A stretch of DNA of 63,602 bases. It comes from a virus. Taxonomy: Duplodnaviria > Caudoviricetes. The notes beneath the pieces are model-generated. The model ran no database searches, had not been told where the DNA came from, and saw only the letters and a list, made by a program, of their open reading frames with translations. Shown in pieces: positions 40,729 through 49,988 of the stretch. The stretch lies in IMG/VR virus record IMGVR_UViG_3300046003_002370, positions 1 to 63,602 of that record; one strand, 5' to 3'. The translations under genes were made by a program, and so were the position numbers. Positions within the stretch are counted from its first letter, which is position 1, and the number at the start of each line of letters is the position of its first letter.

Positions 40729-40951
40729 TATTCTAAATCGTATTCGACTGATATTGCCATATTGGAATTAAATTTTTTCCAGGGCATTACTTCATCGCTT
40801 TTTGTAATATATATATTGTAAGAGTTGTCTTCTTCCTCAAAAAGTATATGGGAGATTTCATGTCCCCCGTATACTAGTTGATTTATAGAATAGTGCATTG
40901 CATCATTTTTGTAGTCTGATCCAATACTAATTTTTCTAATTATCTTTGACA
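40725..40951 (-). CDS. Hypothetical protein (probable start at MSKIIRKISIG)
   Basis: Internal ATG of track ORF 40725..41009 avoids a long overlap. Confidence 0.6.
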
Positions 40952-41193
40952 TCCTCTTTTTCAATTTTCGCATATTCGCCAGTCTCAAGATTAATAGAGA
41001 TAGCGCCATATATTGATTCTAATTCTTTTTTGAATTCCTCTGCAATTTTGTTAACTTCCGCTAGATTATGTAGTAGACCATGCTTTTGTGATTCCAGTAT
41101 TCCAATGTTAGTTAAAATACTTTGCAATTCTTTTTGTTGCCCAACTAATTTTGTTAATTGCTCTTCTGAAATGTAACTTGTTGTATTCTCCAT
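40936..41193 (-). CDS. Coiled-coil hypothetical protein
   Basis: 85-aa ORF with heptad pattern. Confidence 0.65.
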   Translation of the reverse strand: MENTTSYISEEQLTKLVGQQKELQSILTNIGILESQKHGLLHNLAEVNKIAEEFKKELESIYGAISINLETGEYAKIEKEDVKDN

Positions 41194-41225
41194 TTTTTAT
41201 TTAATTTAATTGTTTATTTATTTAA

Positions 41226-41594
41226 TTACTTGTTTTCCGGTACAATTACTGATAATGGTATGTTAACAGGGCCATCAGCATTTGGGTTGTAACCTGCAAA
41301 TGAATGCACTGCTTCAACAGGGAAAACCTCATTAGAACCAAAGTCAATATCTTGGATACACATTACATCGTAAAACACACCGTTGTAATAAATAGGTTCT
41401 ATAATTACATTTCCTTGCTCATCATAAGTCCCCGGTACTTCAGCAATTTTTCCTATTTCAACAACTGCTTGAACGCCTTCTCTATAAACTAATGAAGTAA
41501 CTTCTTTAAATATAACCTCAATATAAACTTCTTTAGCTAATAAATCAGCTACTGCAGTTTCTTTATCTGTGTAATTTAATTTTATTATATTCAT
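41226..41594 (-). CDS. Hypothetical protein, possible tail fibre partner
   Basis: 122 aa, coupled to 41594..43483. Confidence 0.6.
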   Translation of the reverse strand: MNIIKLNYTDKETAVADLLAKEVYIEVIFKEVTSLVYREGVQAVVEIGKIAEVPGTYDEQGNVIIEPIYYNGVFYDVMCIQDIDFGSNEVFPVEAVHSFAGYNPNADGPVNIPLSVIVPENK

Positions 41595-43483
41595 TATAGC
41601 GTTGTTAAATTAATACATTCTTGGTCTGTTAGATACTCTTTAAAGAAAACTGTTGATTTGTTTAGTAAAAAAGTATTTGTTGTATTTTCATAAAGTAATT
41701 TACTTAAACCGCCAAAAACAAAACCATTTGAAGTTTGAATTAAAACACCATTTAGATATGTTTTAATACCAGTTGCATTATATTGAATTGCTAATTTATA
41801 GGTATCTCCTAAATTTAAAGATGATATACTTCCAAGAATTGCAGTAGTTATATAATTAAAACCAACTATTAAATCAAGATAAACATTATTATTTATGTTA
41901 TATGCTTGAATTCTGTTAGATGAATCATCAGTTAATATTGTAAATAATCCAATTCCTTGATTTACATTTTTAACATTAACTATATTCTCAAAGTAAAAAA
42001 CCCCCTCTGTTTGCCCTATTAAACTACTTATTCCCGTTTTAGAAATAACATCAGCGTTTCTTGTTACGGCTGTTCCATTAGTTAAAATAGACGAAGTATC
42101 ATAACTTCCAACCTCCATTTGTTTGTGAGCAAATAAAATTCCACTTGTTCCATCTCCTGAATAATTAGCAGTTGTATTATTATTTCTTATAATAATCCAT
42201 CTACCTGTATTCAAAATAAAAAGAATATTTATGCTACAAATATACCAACCATTTCCTAATGAAGTAATTGACGGAGTATATCCAATATCAGAGCCTGATA
42301 TTGTTCCGTTTGATAAATTAAAAATAATATTTGAACCTGAAAGTCCACCACCATCACCAAGTGATAAAAAATTATATCCGTCTGCTTTAACAACAACCCA
42401 AAATCTACCTGCTGCCGAATAATTTGCACTTAAAAGAGGTCTATGTTGACCGAGTGTTGCCGAAGGTATTACCTTTTGAACAGTTGAAAAAGTATAGGGA
42501 TTTGAAGTGGTAACAGTTGACGTTGTTACACCTCCACTATTATTTAAAATCCAATCCGAAAATGTTTGAGAAGTTGTATCTAAGTTCGTTCTCTGTGGCT
42601 CCACCAAAAGTGACGGACAACTTCCGTTTGTGTAATCAATACGAGGTATATTTAAACGTGTTGTAGTAGGGAAATATTCTGTTGCTGTTGAGCCATTAGT
42701 AAGTTGACCTCCAAAAACATATCCACCACTTGTACCATTACCCGCAAAAGTTATGCTTGTTGACGGTGCAAAAGAAACAAGAGGTTGTGTTGAAGTTCCA
42801 ACAGATGAAAATGAATATGAAACTAAATACCAACCATTTGATAATGCAGTTATTGCTCCACCTGTTCCACTTATTATTGTTCCGCTTGATAAATTAAACC
42901 ATATTCCCTGACTTGTTGCAACATTTTCAACACGACAATTTGTATATCCATTTGCTTTTACAAAAAAAGACATTACATAAGGATGTCCTGCTACTGTTGT
43001 ACCACTTGCAAACGCAAAATGTGCTGCATTATTTGTGTTTGGTGTAAATGTTTGTGCATTAACCAATCCATTTAAAGGATTTGCAATACTATTTAAAGTA
43101 ATAGTTGTATTTGATTTTGTCCAACTTGTTTGAGTTAAATCATTGGAATAAGTAATTAAATTTCTCGGTACTTCTTCAATCAATCCTGCACTATTAACTC
43201 TTGTTGCTGTTGTAGCACGAACTACATCCATATCACCTAATGTAGTATTAGGGATTACATCATATAATATTCCTTCAGTATAAGCATTAGGTGTAACAAT
43301 AAGAGAAGCATTATCTAATAATCCAATTGCATTTAACTCTTCTAACGTGGTATCTAAACAAGGTCCAGCTTCAAATATACTATTTGGGTATGACAATACT
43401 CTAGCCTTAAAATTAGCAATAATATTATTAGCTACGCTATATAAAGCTTTTGCCCACCCTATTCCAATACCTATATTTATCAT
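41594..43483 (-). CDS. Fibre/minor structural protein with duplicated carbohydrate-binding-like and LamG-like domains
   Basis: ATRVNSAGLIE, PRIDY...LLVEPQRTNL, two NGWY repeats, TRNADV. Confidence 0.65.
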   Translation of the reverse strand: MINIGIGIGWAKALYSVANNIIANFKARVLSYPNSIFEAGPCLDTTLEELNAIGLLDNASLIVTPNAYTEGILYDVIPNTTLGDMDVVRATTATRVNSAGLIEEVPRNLITYSNDLTQTSWTKSNTTITLNSIANPLNGLVNAQTFTPNTNNAAHFAFASGTTVAGHPYVMSFFVKANGYTNCRVENVATSQGIWFNLSSGTIISGTGGAITALSNGWYLVSYSFSSVGTSTQPLVSFAPSTSITFAGNGTSGGYVFGGQLTNGSTATEYFPTTTRLNIPRIDYTNGSCPSLLVEPQRTNLDTTSQTFSDWILNNSGGVTTSTVTTSNPYTFSTVQKVIPSATLGQHRPLLSANYSAAGRFWVVVKADGYNFLSLGDGGGLSGSNIIFNLSNGTISGSDIGYTPSITSLGNGWYICSINILFILNTGRWIIIRNNNTTANYSGDGTSGILFAHKQMEVGSYDTSSILTNGTAVTRNADVISKTGISSLIGQTEGVFYFENIVNVKNVNQGIGLFTILTDDSSNRIQAYNINNNVYLDLIVGFNYITTAILGSISSLNLGDTYKLAIQYNATGIKTYLNGVLIQTSNGFVFGGLSKLLYENTTNTFLLNKSTVFFKEYLTDQECINLTTL

Positions 43484-43484
43484 A

Positions 43485-43751
43485 TTAGTATACTAATAAA
43501 ATATTTGCTACAGAAACATTAGTTGCCGATGTAATTTTAGAAACAATAACTGGTAAAAATGTACCACTCGTTAATCCCGAAAATGTTACATCTGTAGTAT
43601 TGCCAACTGGTCTTACTGTTATTGTAGTATTAAGCAATGGATCAACTACTGCTCCAATATATATAGCCGCAGAATTAATACCTGTTAATGGCAAACTAGC
43701 CACCGTTCCAACAATGGTTGCAAAATCTGGTTGATTTCCGTATTGTCCCAT
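43485..43751 (-). CDS. Small structural protein
   Basis: AIYIG...VTFSGL..GTFLPV beta-rich pattern. Confidence 0.55.
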   Translation of the reverse strand: MGQYGNQPDFATIVGTVASLPLTGINSAAIYIGAVVDPLLNTTITVRPVGNTTDVTFSGLTSGTFLPVIVSKITSATNVSVANILLVY

Positions 43752-43770
43752 AATTTATTTAATTTTTATA

Positions 43771-44148
43771 TTACTTAACTGCTTTACCTGTTGCTTGTCT
43801 AGATTTTAGAAAATTAAGATTTTCTTCTCTTCTAGCCTTAGTATCACCTTTTTTAGCTTCGTACTCTTTTCGCATACTACCTTCTTGTTTGGTACCAATT
43901 TGCGCTCTTGATATTTCTTTTTTATCTCCTCCTCTAAGGATTAACATATTACCAACTTTATCAAGTGTTTTTTCATAACCACCTTTACTCTCAGTATTTG
44001 GCAATGCAGATGTTTTTGGAGTATATCCAATTTGCTCCCCTGTTTTTTTATTTACCTTATCATCTTCGCCGTTTTGCCTCAATGGAGAAGGAAGTCCATT
44101 ACCTGTTTTTGCACTATTGCCTCTACCTGGGGTTTGTTTATAAGCCAT
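43771..44148 (-). CDS. Basic small late protein (SPL-motif group)
   Basis: MAYKQ...PSPLRQ. Confidence 0.65.
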   Translation of the reverse strand: MAYKQTPGRGNSAKTGNGLPSPLRQNGEDDKVNKKTGEQIGYTPKTSALPNTESKGGYEKTLDKVGNMLILRGGDKKEISRAQIGTKQEGSMRKEYEAKKGDTKARREENLNFLKSRQATGKAVK

Positions 44149-44179
44149 TTTATTTTTTTTTATCGGTTAGTTTTATTTA

Positions 44180-44539
44180 TTATTTTGTTTTAGTATATAT
44201 TAGCACACCGGCACTGTCACCGGACACAACACAACGTAATGTTTTTTTATCAATAAATGTATATACATTTTCTGTTACCCAATTATTTCGTAAAAATATT
44301 TGTTTAATAAAAATAGAATTGTATCTTACTTTTAATGTGATAATGCGTAGAGGCAAACCTGATGTGCTACTTATCTCTTGAACCTGCAATTTATTATTAA
44401 TATCTTTCCAAAAAAACAATTGTGTAGATTCTTCGTCTGGTTGCCAGTAACCAATTAAGTCATTAGTATTAATCTTTTGTTGCGAAAAAATAGTTAGACT
44501 AAATATTAAAAGCGTAGCAATTGAAAGTAATTTTTTCAT
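44180..44539 (-). CDS. Secreted protein with signal peptide (lipocalin-like, LIGYW)
   Basis: MKKLLSIATLLIFSLTIFSQ signal peptide; own promoter-like motif at 44570-44597. Confidence 0.65.
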   Translation of the reverse strand: MKKLLSIATLLIFSLTIFSQQKINTNDLIGYWQPDEESTQLFFWKDINNKLQVQEISSTSGLPLRIITLKVRYNSIFIKQIFLRNNWVTENVYTFIDKKTLRCVVSGDSAGVLIYTKTK

Positions 44540-44583
44540 AATTAAATAATATTAGATTTATATAATACTATTATTACGTACTG

Positions 44584-44898
44584 TTATTGCTTTTTATACG
44601 CTTCTTTTTCCCATGGTAAATTCTTTGCTCCTTCTTCCATAGATGCTCTAGAATATTTTTTACCTTTCCACGTTACGTGTGTATCATTATACCCTAAATC
44701 ACCTCTTCGCATTTGGTTCACATGAACTTTTTCGTGAGATATTGTTTTACTTTTTTTAAGTTCTAAAGGAGAAACGTTTTTGTTTACTAGTATAGTCCCG
44801 TTTGACTGTGCCATACCCATAACGTTATCTTCCATATCTACCTGATAAACAGGCGTATTGTCTACATTATACGGAAATCCTTTTAACTTAAAAGCCAT
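44584..44898 (-). CDS. Small HExxH metallopeptidase-like protein
   Basis: TISHEKVHVNQ and PWEKEAY motifs. Confidence 0.65.
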   Translation of the reverse strand: MAFKLKGFPYNVDNTPVYQVDMEDNVMGMAQSNGTILVNKNVSPLELKKSKTISHEKVHVNQMRRGDLGYNDTHVTWKGKKYSRASMEEGAKNLPWEKEAYKKQ

Positions 44899-44899
44899 T

Positions 44900-45268
44900 T
44901 TAGCATTTTTTCATTTTAGTAGGACTCTTTTTCATTTTAGTAGGACTCTTTTTCATTTGGACAGGAGACGAAGCTTCAGGGGATTCAGTTGCTGGAGCAA
45001 CCGGCTTTGCTTCTGGCTTAGCGGCTGGCGTTGATGGTTTACTAGCGGGTGCTGTTGGTTCCCCAGCAGGCGCAGGACTTTTCTTTTTAGCAGATGAGAC
45101 AGCTTTGCTTATAAGCCCGACTCCACTAGTCTGTTTAGCAACTTTGCCTACAGCTTTAGCAGCTTTCGATATAACTTTTCCTAATTTTAATTTTAAAGGA
45201 CTACCTTTTACAGAAACGTTAACTTGTTTTTTAACTCCTGATTGTACTACTGGTTTTTTATTTTTCAT
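44900..45268 (-). CDS. Lys/Pro-rich basic protein with SPxKM repeats
   Basis: GSPLKLK...SPVQMKKSPTKMKKSPTKMKKC; 21-bp tandem repeat near 44908-44960. Confidence 0.65.
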   Translation of the reverse strand: MKNKKPVVQSGVKKQVNVSVKGSPLKLKLGKVISKAAKAVGKVAKQTSGVGLISKAVSSAKKKSPAPAGEPTAPASKPSTPAAKPEAKPVAPATESPEASSPVQMKKSPTKMKKSPTKMKKC

Positions 45269-45272
45269 AATG

Positions 45273-45494
45273 TTATATTTTAGATTTTACTCTTTGTGTT
45301 ATTGGTAATCCGTTTGGTTGTATGCAATCATCAAATCGTAGTTTGATACCATTTTTGCCTGAGCTACTTCCTTTTCCTTTAGGATAACCCGTGGAATCAA
45401 ATGGCCCGTCCCATATTGCATTGGCTCCAACCCCGGACATTTTAGCCTCTCTATCAAGTGGATGTGTTGGGTGAACTTTAGATTTTACGTCCAT
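45273..45494 (-). CDS. Hypothetical protein
   Basis: 73-aa ORF within the operon. Confidence 0.6.
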   Translation of the reverse strand: MDVKSKVHPTHPLDREAKMSGVGANAIWDGPFDSTGYPKGKGSSSGKNGIKLRFDDCIQPNGLPITQRVKSKI

Positions 45495-45515
45495 AGTGTA
45501 TTTTTGTTATTATTA

Positions 45516-45749
45516 TTAAAAAGTAGTTGGTACTGCTTGTGCAGGGTATTGTGGAACAACACCTGTTTGCATTGGATTAATGTTTTGACCCATAGATTGA
45601 TCTGCCATTCCAACAGTTCTATTAAACGTATTCGGCACTTGAGCACCGTATACTCCTTGGATTGCATTCATGTTTGAAAATGCATTTGGGTTAATTGCGT
45701 TTGGTTGCAATTGATTTGGATTAACCTGATTTTGAGTAGGTGTTATCAT
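45516..45749 (-). CDS. Asn/Gln/Pro-rich low-complexity protein
   Basis: 77-aa ORF with ATGA overlap. Confidence 0.55.
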   Translation of the reverse strand: MITPTQNQVNPNQLQPNAINPNAFSNMNAIQGVYGAQVPNTFNRTVGMADQSMGQNINPMQTGVVPQYPAQAVPTTF

Positions 45750-46189
45750 TGTCGTTTATCTTTATTTACGTTACTTATTGCTGTTTGCAAAACTATATCT
45801 GTATATGTTTTACCTGTCATTATATTATTCCTATAACTAGTTGGTATATCTTCTTTACCAAGCATTATACGATACATTTTACTAATCAGTTGTTTACACT
45901 TGAATGAAACTTTGTATATGTGATATTTCTGGGTTGTATGGTTTCTTTCCCGCCATACTACTATCCATCCTTCTTTTAATAACTTGTTCCAGCGTTTATT
46001 GTCCCAACTATAAGCGTACGTACCTATTTTATAATCCTGTTTGGTAAACAGATCCATGCAATCAAAATATATGAGTAATTCTAAATCTGAATCTGTAAGG
46101 TCATTATTTCTGCAAGCCCAACGTCTTATTATACGATAATGTTTAAGTAAGCCAAGTTCTTTAATGTCAATAGCTTCTAATCGTTTCAT
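45746..46189 (-). CDS. Hypothetical protein, possibly winged-helix
   Basis: LTDSDLELLIY...KLLKEGWI pattern. Confidence 0.6.
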   Translation of the reverse strand: MKRLEAIDIKELGLLKHYRIIRRWACRNNDLTDSDLELLIYFDCMDLFTKQDYKIGTYAYSWDNKRWNKLLKEGWIVVWRERNHTTQKYHIYKVSFKCKQLISKMYRIMLGKEDIPTSYRNNIMTGKTYTDIVLQTAISNVNKDKRQ

Positions 46190-46446
46190 AATATTACGAC
46201 GATGTCCTGTAATTTAATAACTGTATATTTATTCCCATTAAGTTCTATACCATGCCCAGCCGCTTTATCGTAAAGTATTTTATCGCCTACTTTAACAACC
46301 TCTACGCTATCACTTATTGAAACTACTATAGCTTCTTTATATCTTATATTTTCTTTATCCTTGTCTGCTAATAATAATCCACCTTTAGTTTTTTCTATAG
46401 TTAACTTTGCTGGCATTATAATTATATTATTACCTATTGCCTTCAT
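46186..46446 (-). CDS. groES: Co-chaperonin GroES
   Basis: KAIGNNIII...KTKGGLLL...VKVGDKILY...QDIV. Confidence 0.85.
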   Translation of the reverse strand: MKAIGNNIIIMPAKLTIEKTKGGLLLADKDKENIRYKEAIVVSISDSVEVVKVGDKILYDKAAGHGIELNGNKYTVIKLQDIVVIL

Positions 46447-47992
46447 TTGCTCTTAGATTATTTATTACACAATCCGTTGACAATATGGTAATCGCTACTG
46501 ATGCAGCATTTCTTAATGCACTCTTAGTTACTAATAGAGGATCAATAATACCGTGTTCAATCATATTAACCGTTTTACCAGTTATTACGTTTATTCCAAA
46601 ACCAGTTTTAGCTAACACATTAGCATCCACTTCTTCGATACCGGCATTTGCCAATATGACATTGAAAGGAGCCCTAATAGCAATTAGTAATATCTCTTCA
46701 CCTATAGAGTTTGAATTTATATTATAAGAAGCATCTAACAAGGCAATTCCCCCTCCTGGCACAATACCTTCTTTTATTGCAGCCTTTGTGGCACAAATAG
46801 CATCTTCAACTCTGTCTGCTTTTTCTTTTAATTCAACCTCCGAATTAGCTCCTACTTTTACAACTGCTACTTTTGCAGATAACCTAGCTAATCTTCTCTC
46901 TAGTCTAATTACTTCTCCGGGGGCTTTCGTTTCAATTAACTGAGCTTTTATACTATCAATTAATTCTAGTACCTCTGTGTTTGATTCATCAACTTGTAAT
47001 ATGGTTTCTGCGTCGGTTGTAATACTTTTTAAACAAGTTCCTAAATGTTCAACGGATATTAAATCCATATCATCTCCAAGATCTTCGTTTATTATAGTTG
47101 CACCTGTTAATATTGCTAAGTCGTTTAATGTATCTTTTTTATTGATACCGTACGTTGGAGCGTTAATAACATTTACTTTTATATTTCCTTTTACTTTATT
47201 CATTGCCAACGCTGAAAGAACTGTTTGTTCTAAGTCACCAATTATTAGCAATGATTTTTTATTAGTTATTACGTATTCTAATACTGATTGAATTTGTCTT
47301 ATAGTTTCTACTGGAGATTCTAAAATCAATATCAAAGGGTTTTCTAATTCCGCCGTCTTTTTTAACGGGTCTGTAATAAAGCTAGAGTTAACTAATCCTT
47401 TATCATATTGTACACCCTCAATTATTTCTATTTCGGTTTCTTCTGCAGTTGATGATTCCATCATAACTACCCCATTATCACCAACAGCTCTAAAAGCATC
47501 GGCAATAATCTTACCTAGTACTTTGTCATTATTAGTTGAGATAGTAGCAACGTTGTCAATCATATCCCCGCTCACTTCAATCGCAATTGATTCTAGGTAT
47601 TCTATAACCTTATTAACAGCATCTTCAATACCTTTCTTAAGTTCTCTAGAATTAGTGTTATCTTGTACTTTGTAAGCTTCTGCTAGAATAGCTCTAGTCA
47701 ATACTGTTGCTGTAGTGGTGCCATCACCAGCTTCTTCAACTGTATTCCTAGCAGCTTCCTTAAGAAGTCTAGCTCCCATATTTTCTACAGGATCCAATAA
47801 GATTATACTGTTTGCTACAGTAACGCCGTCTTTTGTAATAATAGGTCTACCCATATTATCTTCAAGCATTACACATTTCCCACCAGCGCCTAAGGTTGAA
47901 CTTACGGCATCGGTCAGTTTATTTATTCCTTCAAACACTTTGTCCCTGGCTTCTTTACCAAAACTTAAGTGCTTAACAATTGCATCTGACAT
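46430..47992 (-). CDS. groEL: Chaperonin GroEL
   Basis: ITKDGVTVA, AGDGTTTATVL, EGIVPGGG, GIIDP. Confidence 0.95.
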   Translation of the reverse strand: MSDAIVKHLSFGKEARDKVFEGINKLTDAVSSTLGAGGKCVMLEDNMGRPIITKDGVTVANSIILLDPVENMGARLLKEAARNTVEEAGDGTTTATVLTRAILAEAYKVQDNTNSRELKKGIEDAVNKVIEYLESIAIEVSGDMIDNVATISTNNDKVLGKIIADAFRAVGDNGVVMMESSTAEETEIEIIEGVQYDKGLVNSSFITDPLKKTAELENPLILILESPVETIRQIQSVLEYVITNKKSLLIIGDLEQTVLSALAMNKVKGNIKVNVINAPTYGINKKDTLNDLAILTGATIINEDLGDDMDLISVEHLGTCLKSITTDAETILQVDESNTEVLELIDSIKAQLIETKAPGEVIRLERRLARLSAKVAVVKVGANSEVELKEKADRVEDAICATKAAIKEGIVPGGGIALLDASYNINSNSIGEEILLIAIRAPFNVILANAGIEEVDANVLAKTGFGINVITGKTVNMIEHGIIDPLLVTKSALRNAASVAITILSTDCVINNLRANEGNR

Positions 47993-48022
47993 AATTTTAT
48001 TTAATTTGATTTGTATAGTTTA

Positions 48023-48050
48023 TATATTACATATTTTATCGCTATTTTAC
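48023..48050 (-). promoter_or_regulatory. Class II promoter candidate for the groEL operon
   Basis: Minus strand gtaaa-N15-gtaatata. Confidence 0.6.
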
Positions 48051-48514
48051 AATATAAACGGAAATTGCCTTTTCAAATACTTGCATAAAGCAAATACTAC
48101 TATTATAAATAATATAAACAAAAGGTAAGAAAAATAATTTACTTCTTTCTTGACTTCCTTATTTAGAACTTCTTCTTTAATTTCTTTTTTTAAAGCAACT
48201 TTCTTCTCCGTGTTTACTACAACTTTTGTTTTTGTAGTGTCTACTGTATTTTTGTTTGACTGTTTTGATTTTATAACTGTATTGATATATTCTTTACCAT
48301 CTATTACCATTGGTTTTAAACTATCTAATGGTTTGTACTCTAATTCACTAATTGACTCCTTTATAAACACGTTAGTTTCTTTTGTGTATGTTCCGTCAAC
48401 TTTAACTGTAGATACGCTATCAATCTTAACTTCGTTATCAATTTTATTAACAACTACTTTTCTAGAAGAGCAAGATGATAATAGTATTATAAATAATATA
48501 AATATTTTTTTCAT
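48047..48514 (-). CDS. Lipoprotein with C-terminal TM helix, putative unimolecular spanin
   Basis: LLSSC lipobox, C-terminal hydrophobic helix, next to endolysin. Confidence 0.65.
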   Translation of the reverse strand: MKKIFILFIILLSSCSSRKVVVNKIDNEVKIDSVSTVKVDGTYTKETNVFIKESISELEYKPLDSLKPMVIDGKEYINTVIKSKQSNKNTVDTTKTKVVVNTEKKVALKKEIKEEVLNKEVKKEVNYFSYLLFILFIIVVFALCKYLKRQFPFIL

Positions 48515-48527
48515 TTTATTAAATTCT

Positions 48528-48974
48528 TTATGAGAAGTAATTCTCTTGTTCTTTGTTTCGCCTATTAGTTAATCCTTTCACAACCTCGCCTTTAGCTTTA
48601 TTCCATTTTAAAAATTCAGTTTTAATACTAGGATCATTCGGATTTATATTTACTTTTTTTAATAATGTTGAACTAGCAAAACTACCCGTGCCTATGTTAT
48701 AAGCAAATGATACTAAAGAATTAAATTGATTCTGTGTAACAGTTTTCTTTAAATACCTGTTGACAGACAATGCAAACCTATCCGCAATTTCTTTAAACAT
48801 AGTAAAAGCAACTTCTTTAGTAATAGGTTTATCCAGCATAGTAACACGTTTTCCATCGCTATAGTAAGTATTACCATATCCAATAGTTGGTATTCTAGCA
48901 CTGCATAGGTATGGTTTTAATTTTAAACCTTCAAAACCTATAATCAATAAATAACCATCATCATTTAGTTTCAT
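48528..48974 (-). CDS. Endolysin (GH24 phage lysozyme)
   Basis: FEGL..KPYLC..IPTIGYG, QFNSLVSFAYNIG, GLTNRR. Confidence 0.9.
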   Translation of the reverse strand: MKLNDDGYLLIIGFEGLKLKPYLCSARIPTIGYGNTYYSDGKRVTMLDKPITKEVAFTMFKEIADRFALSVNRYLKKTVTQNQFNSLVSFAYNIGTGSFASSTLLKKVNINPNDPSIKTEFLKWNKAKGEVVKGLTNRRNKEQENYFS

Positions 48975-49125
48975 TTTTTCTTTTTTTAAACCAGTCTATT
49001 ATCTTAATGCCAGTATATATTATAGAAAGCAATAACAAAAAAACCTTTAAATTTGCTTCAACTTTACTTAACGATATTATAAATACACTTGTGTTTAATA
49101 AATAAATCTTTAAATTATCAATCAT
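48961..49125 (-). CDS. Small membrane protein, holin candidate (54 aa, below track cutoff)
   Basis: MIDNLKIYLLNTSVFIISL...VFLLLLSIIYTGIKII; overlaps the endolysin start. Confidence 0.5.
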   Translation of the reverse strand: MIDNLKIYLLNTSVFIISLSKVEANLKVFLLLLSIIYTGIKIIDWFKKRKNETK

Positions 49126-49304
49126 TTTTTTAATCGTTCAACTATATTAGTAATACCTTCAATTCCAATGTATGCTGTAGCAATAATGACCCAATCATAG
49201 GAGGTCAATGTTCCAAAAAATAAACCGCAACAAGCTATAATAAATACTAATAATTTACGTGAAATCCACTTACTTAAAATTAAATCAAACTGTTCCTTAC
49301 TCAT
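49122..49304 (-). CDS. Holin-like membrane protein
   Basis: SRKLLVFII, two hydrophobic helices, lysis cluster. Confidence 0.55.
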   Translation of the reverse strand: MSKEQFDLILSKWISRKLLVFIIACCGLFFGTLTSYDWVIIATAYIGIEGITNIVERLKK

Positions 49305-49534
49305 TATATAACATCTTTTAAAATTAATATTATAGCTGGAATTATTGTAGCTATTAAATCTTTTACATCAAATCCTTTATAAGAGTATTCGTCGTAACAC
49401 TCTTTTCCTAAAGCAAGCAGATACACAATACTAAATGATGCGTATGCGTTGAGAAATAGATTTAATAGAATATATATTGTAAAGCCATAAATAAAATGAT
49501 TTGCTTTGTCCTGTGGTATTATTGGTATTTTCAT
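49304..49534 (-). CDS. Small membrane protein (DK..HF...KE..D...DL type)
   Basis: QDKANHFIYG...GKECYD...DLIAT. Confidence 0.6.
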   Translation of the reverse strand: MKIPIIPQDKANHFIYGFTIYILLNLFLNAYASFSIVYLLALGKECYDEYSYKGFDVKDLIATIIPAIILILKDVI

Positions 49535-49536
49535 AA

Positions 49537-49625
49537 TTAATTATATACTCTTATTTCTATTGGGGTATTTTGTAATTCATAATCAAATGGGTTACCATTT
49601 GTAAGTAAATATAAGTTTTTATTTT
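49537..49625 (-). pseudogene. Relic 3' end of a tail-fibre-type C-terminal domain (...NTPIEIRVYN*)
   Basis: 27 nt identical to the 3' end of 52700..53203; no start codon and an in-frame stop upstream. Confidence 0.6.
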
Positions 49626-49684
49626 ATACAATGAAATAGTTGTAAGATTTTATATTGCATAATATAGCATAACTGAAAATTATT

Positions 49685-49969
49685 TTATTCTCTTTCTAGG
49701 CCAAGGTTTTCTAACACGATATTCTCTATGTACTCGTTGTCACTTCCCCAGTCTGCGTACTGCTCTGGAGTTATTGGAGAATTTCCATCCGCTAAATTTT
49801 TAATAGTTTCTGTCTCTTGCTCTTCCTCATTAATTACAACAGTGATGTTCACTAATTGATAGTAAGTTGAGCAATCTACTGCGCTTGTCTGAAATGGCAT
49901 AACTCTAATACTGATTCCGTTTGCCTCTTGCGCTGGATACCCTACTGGTATCGGTTTAATTCTAATCAT
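49685..49969 (-). CDS. Small acidic tail-associated protein
   Basis: 94 aa downstream of the tail fibre. Confidence 0.6.
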   Translation of the reverse strand: MIRIKPIPVGYPAQEANGISIRVMPFQTSAVDCSTYYQLVNITVVINEEEQETETIKNLADGNSPITPEQYADWGSDNEYIENIVLENLGLERE

Positions 49970-49988
49970 TTTGTTTTTATTTTTATTA

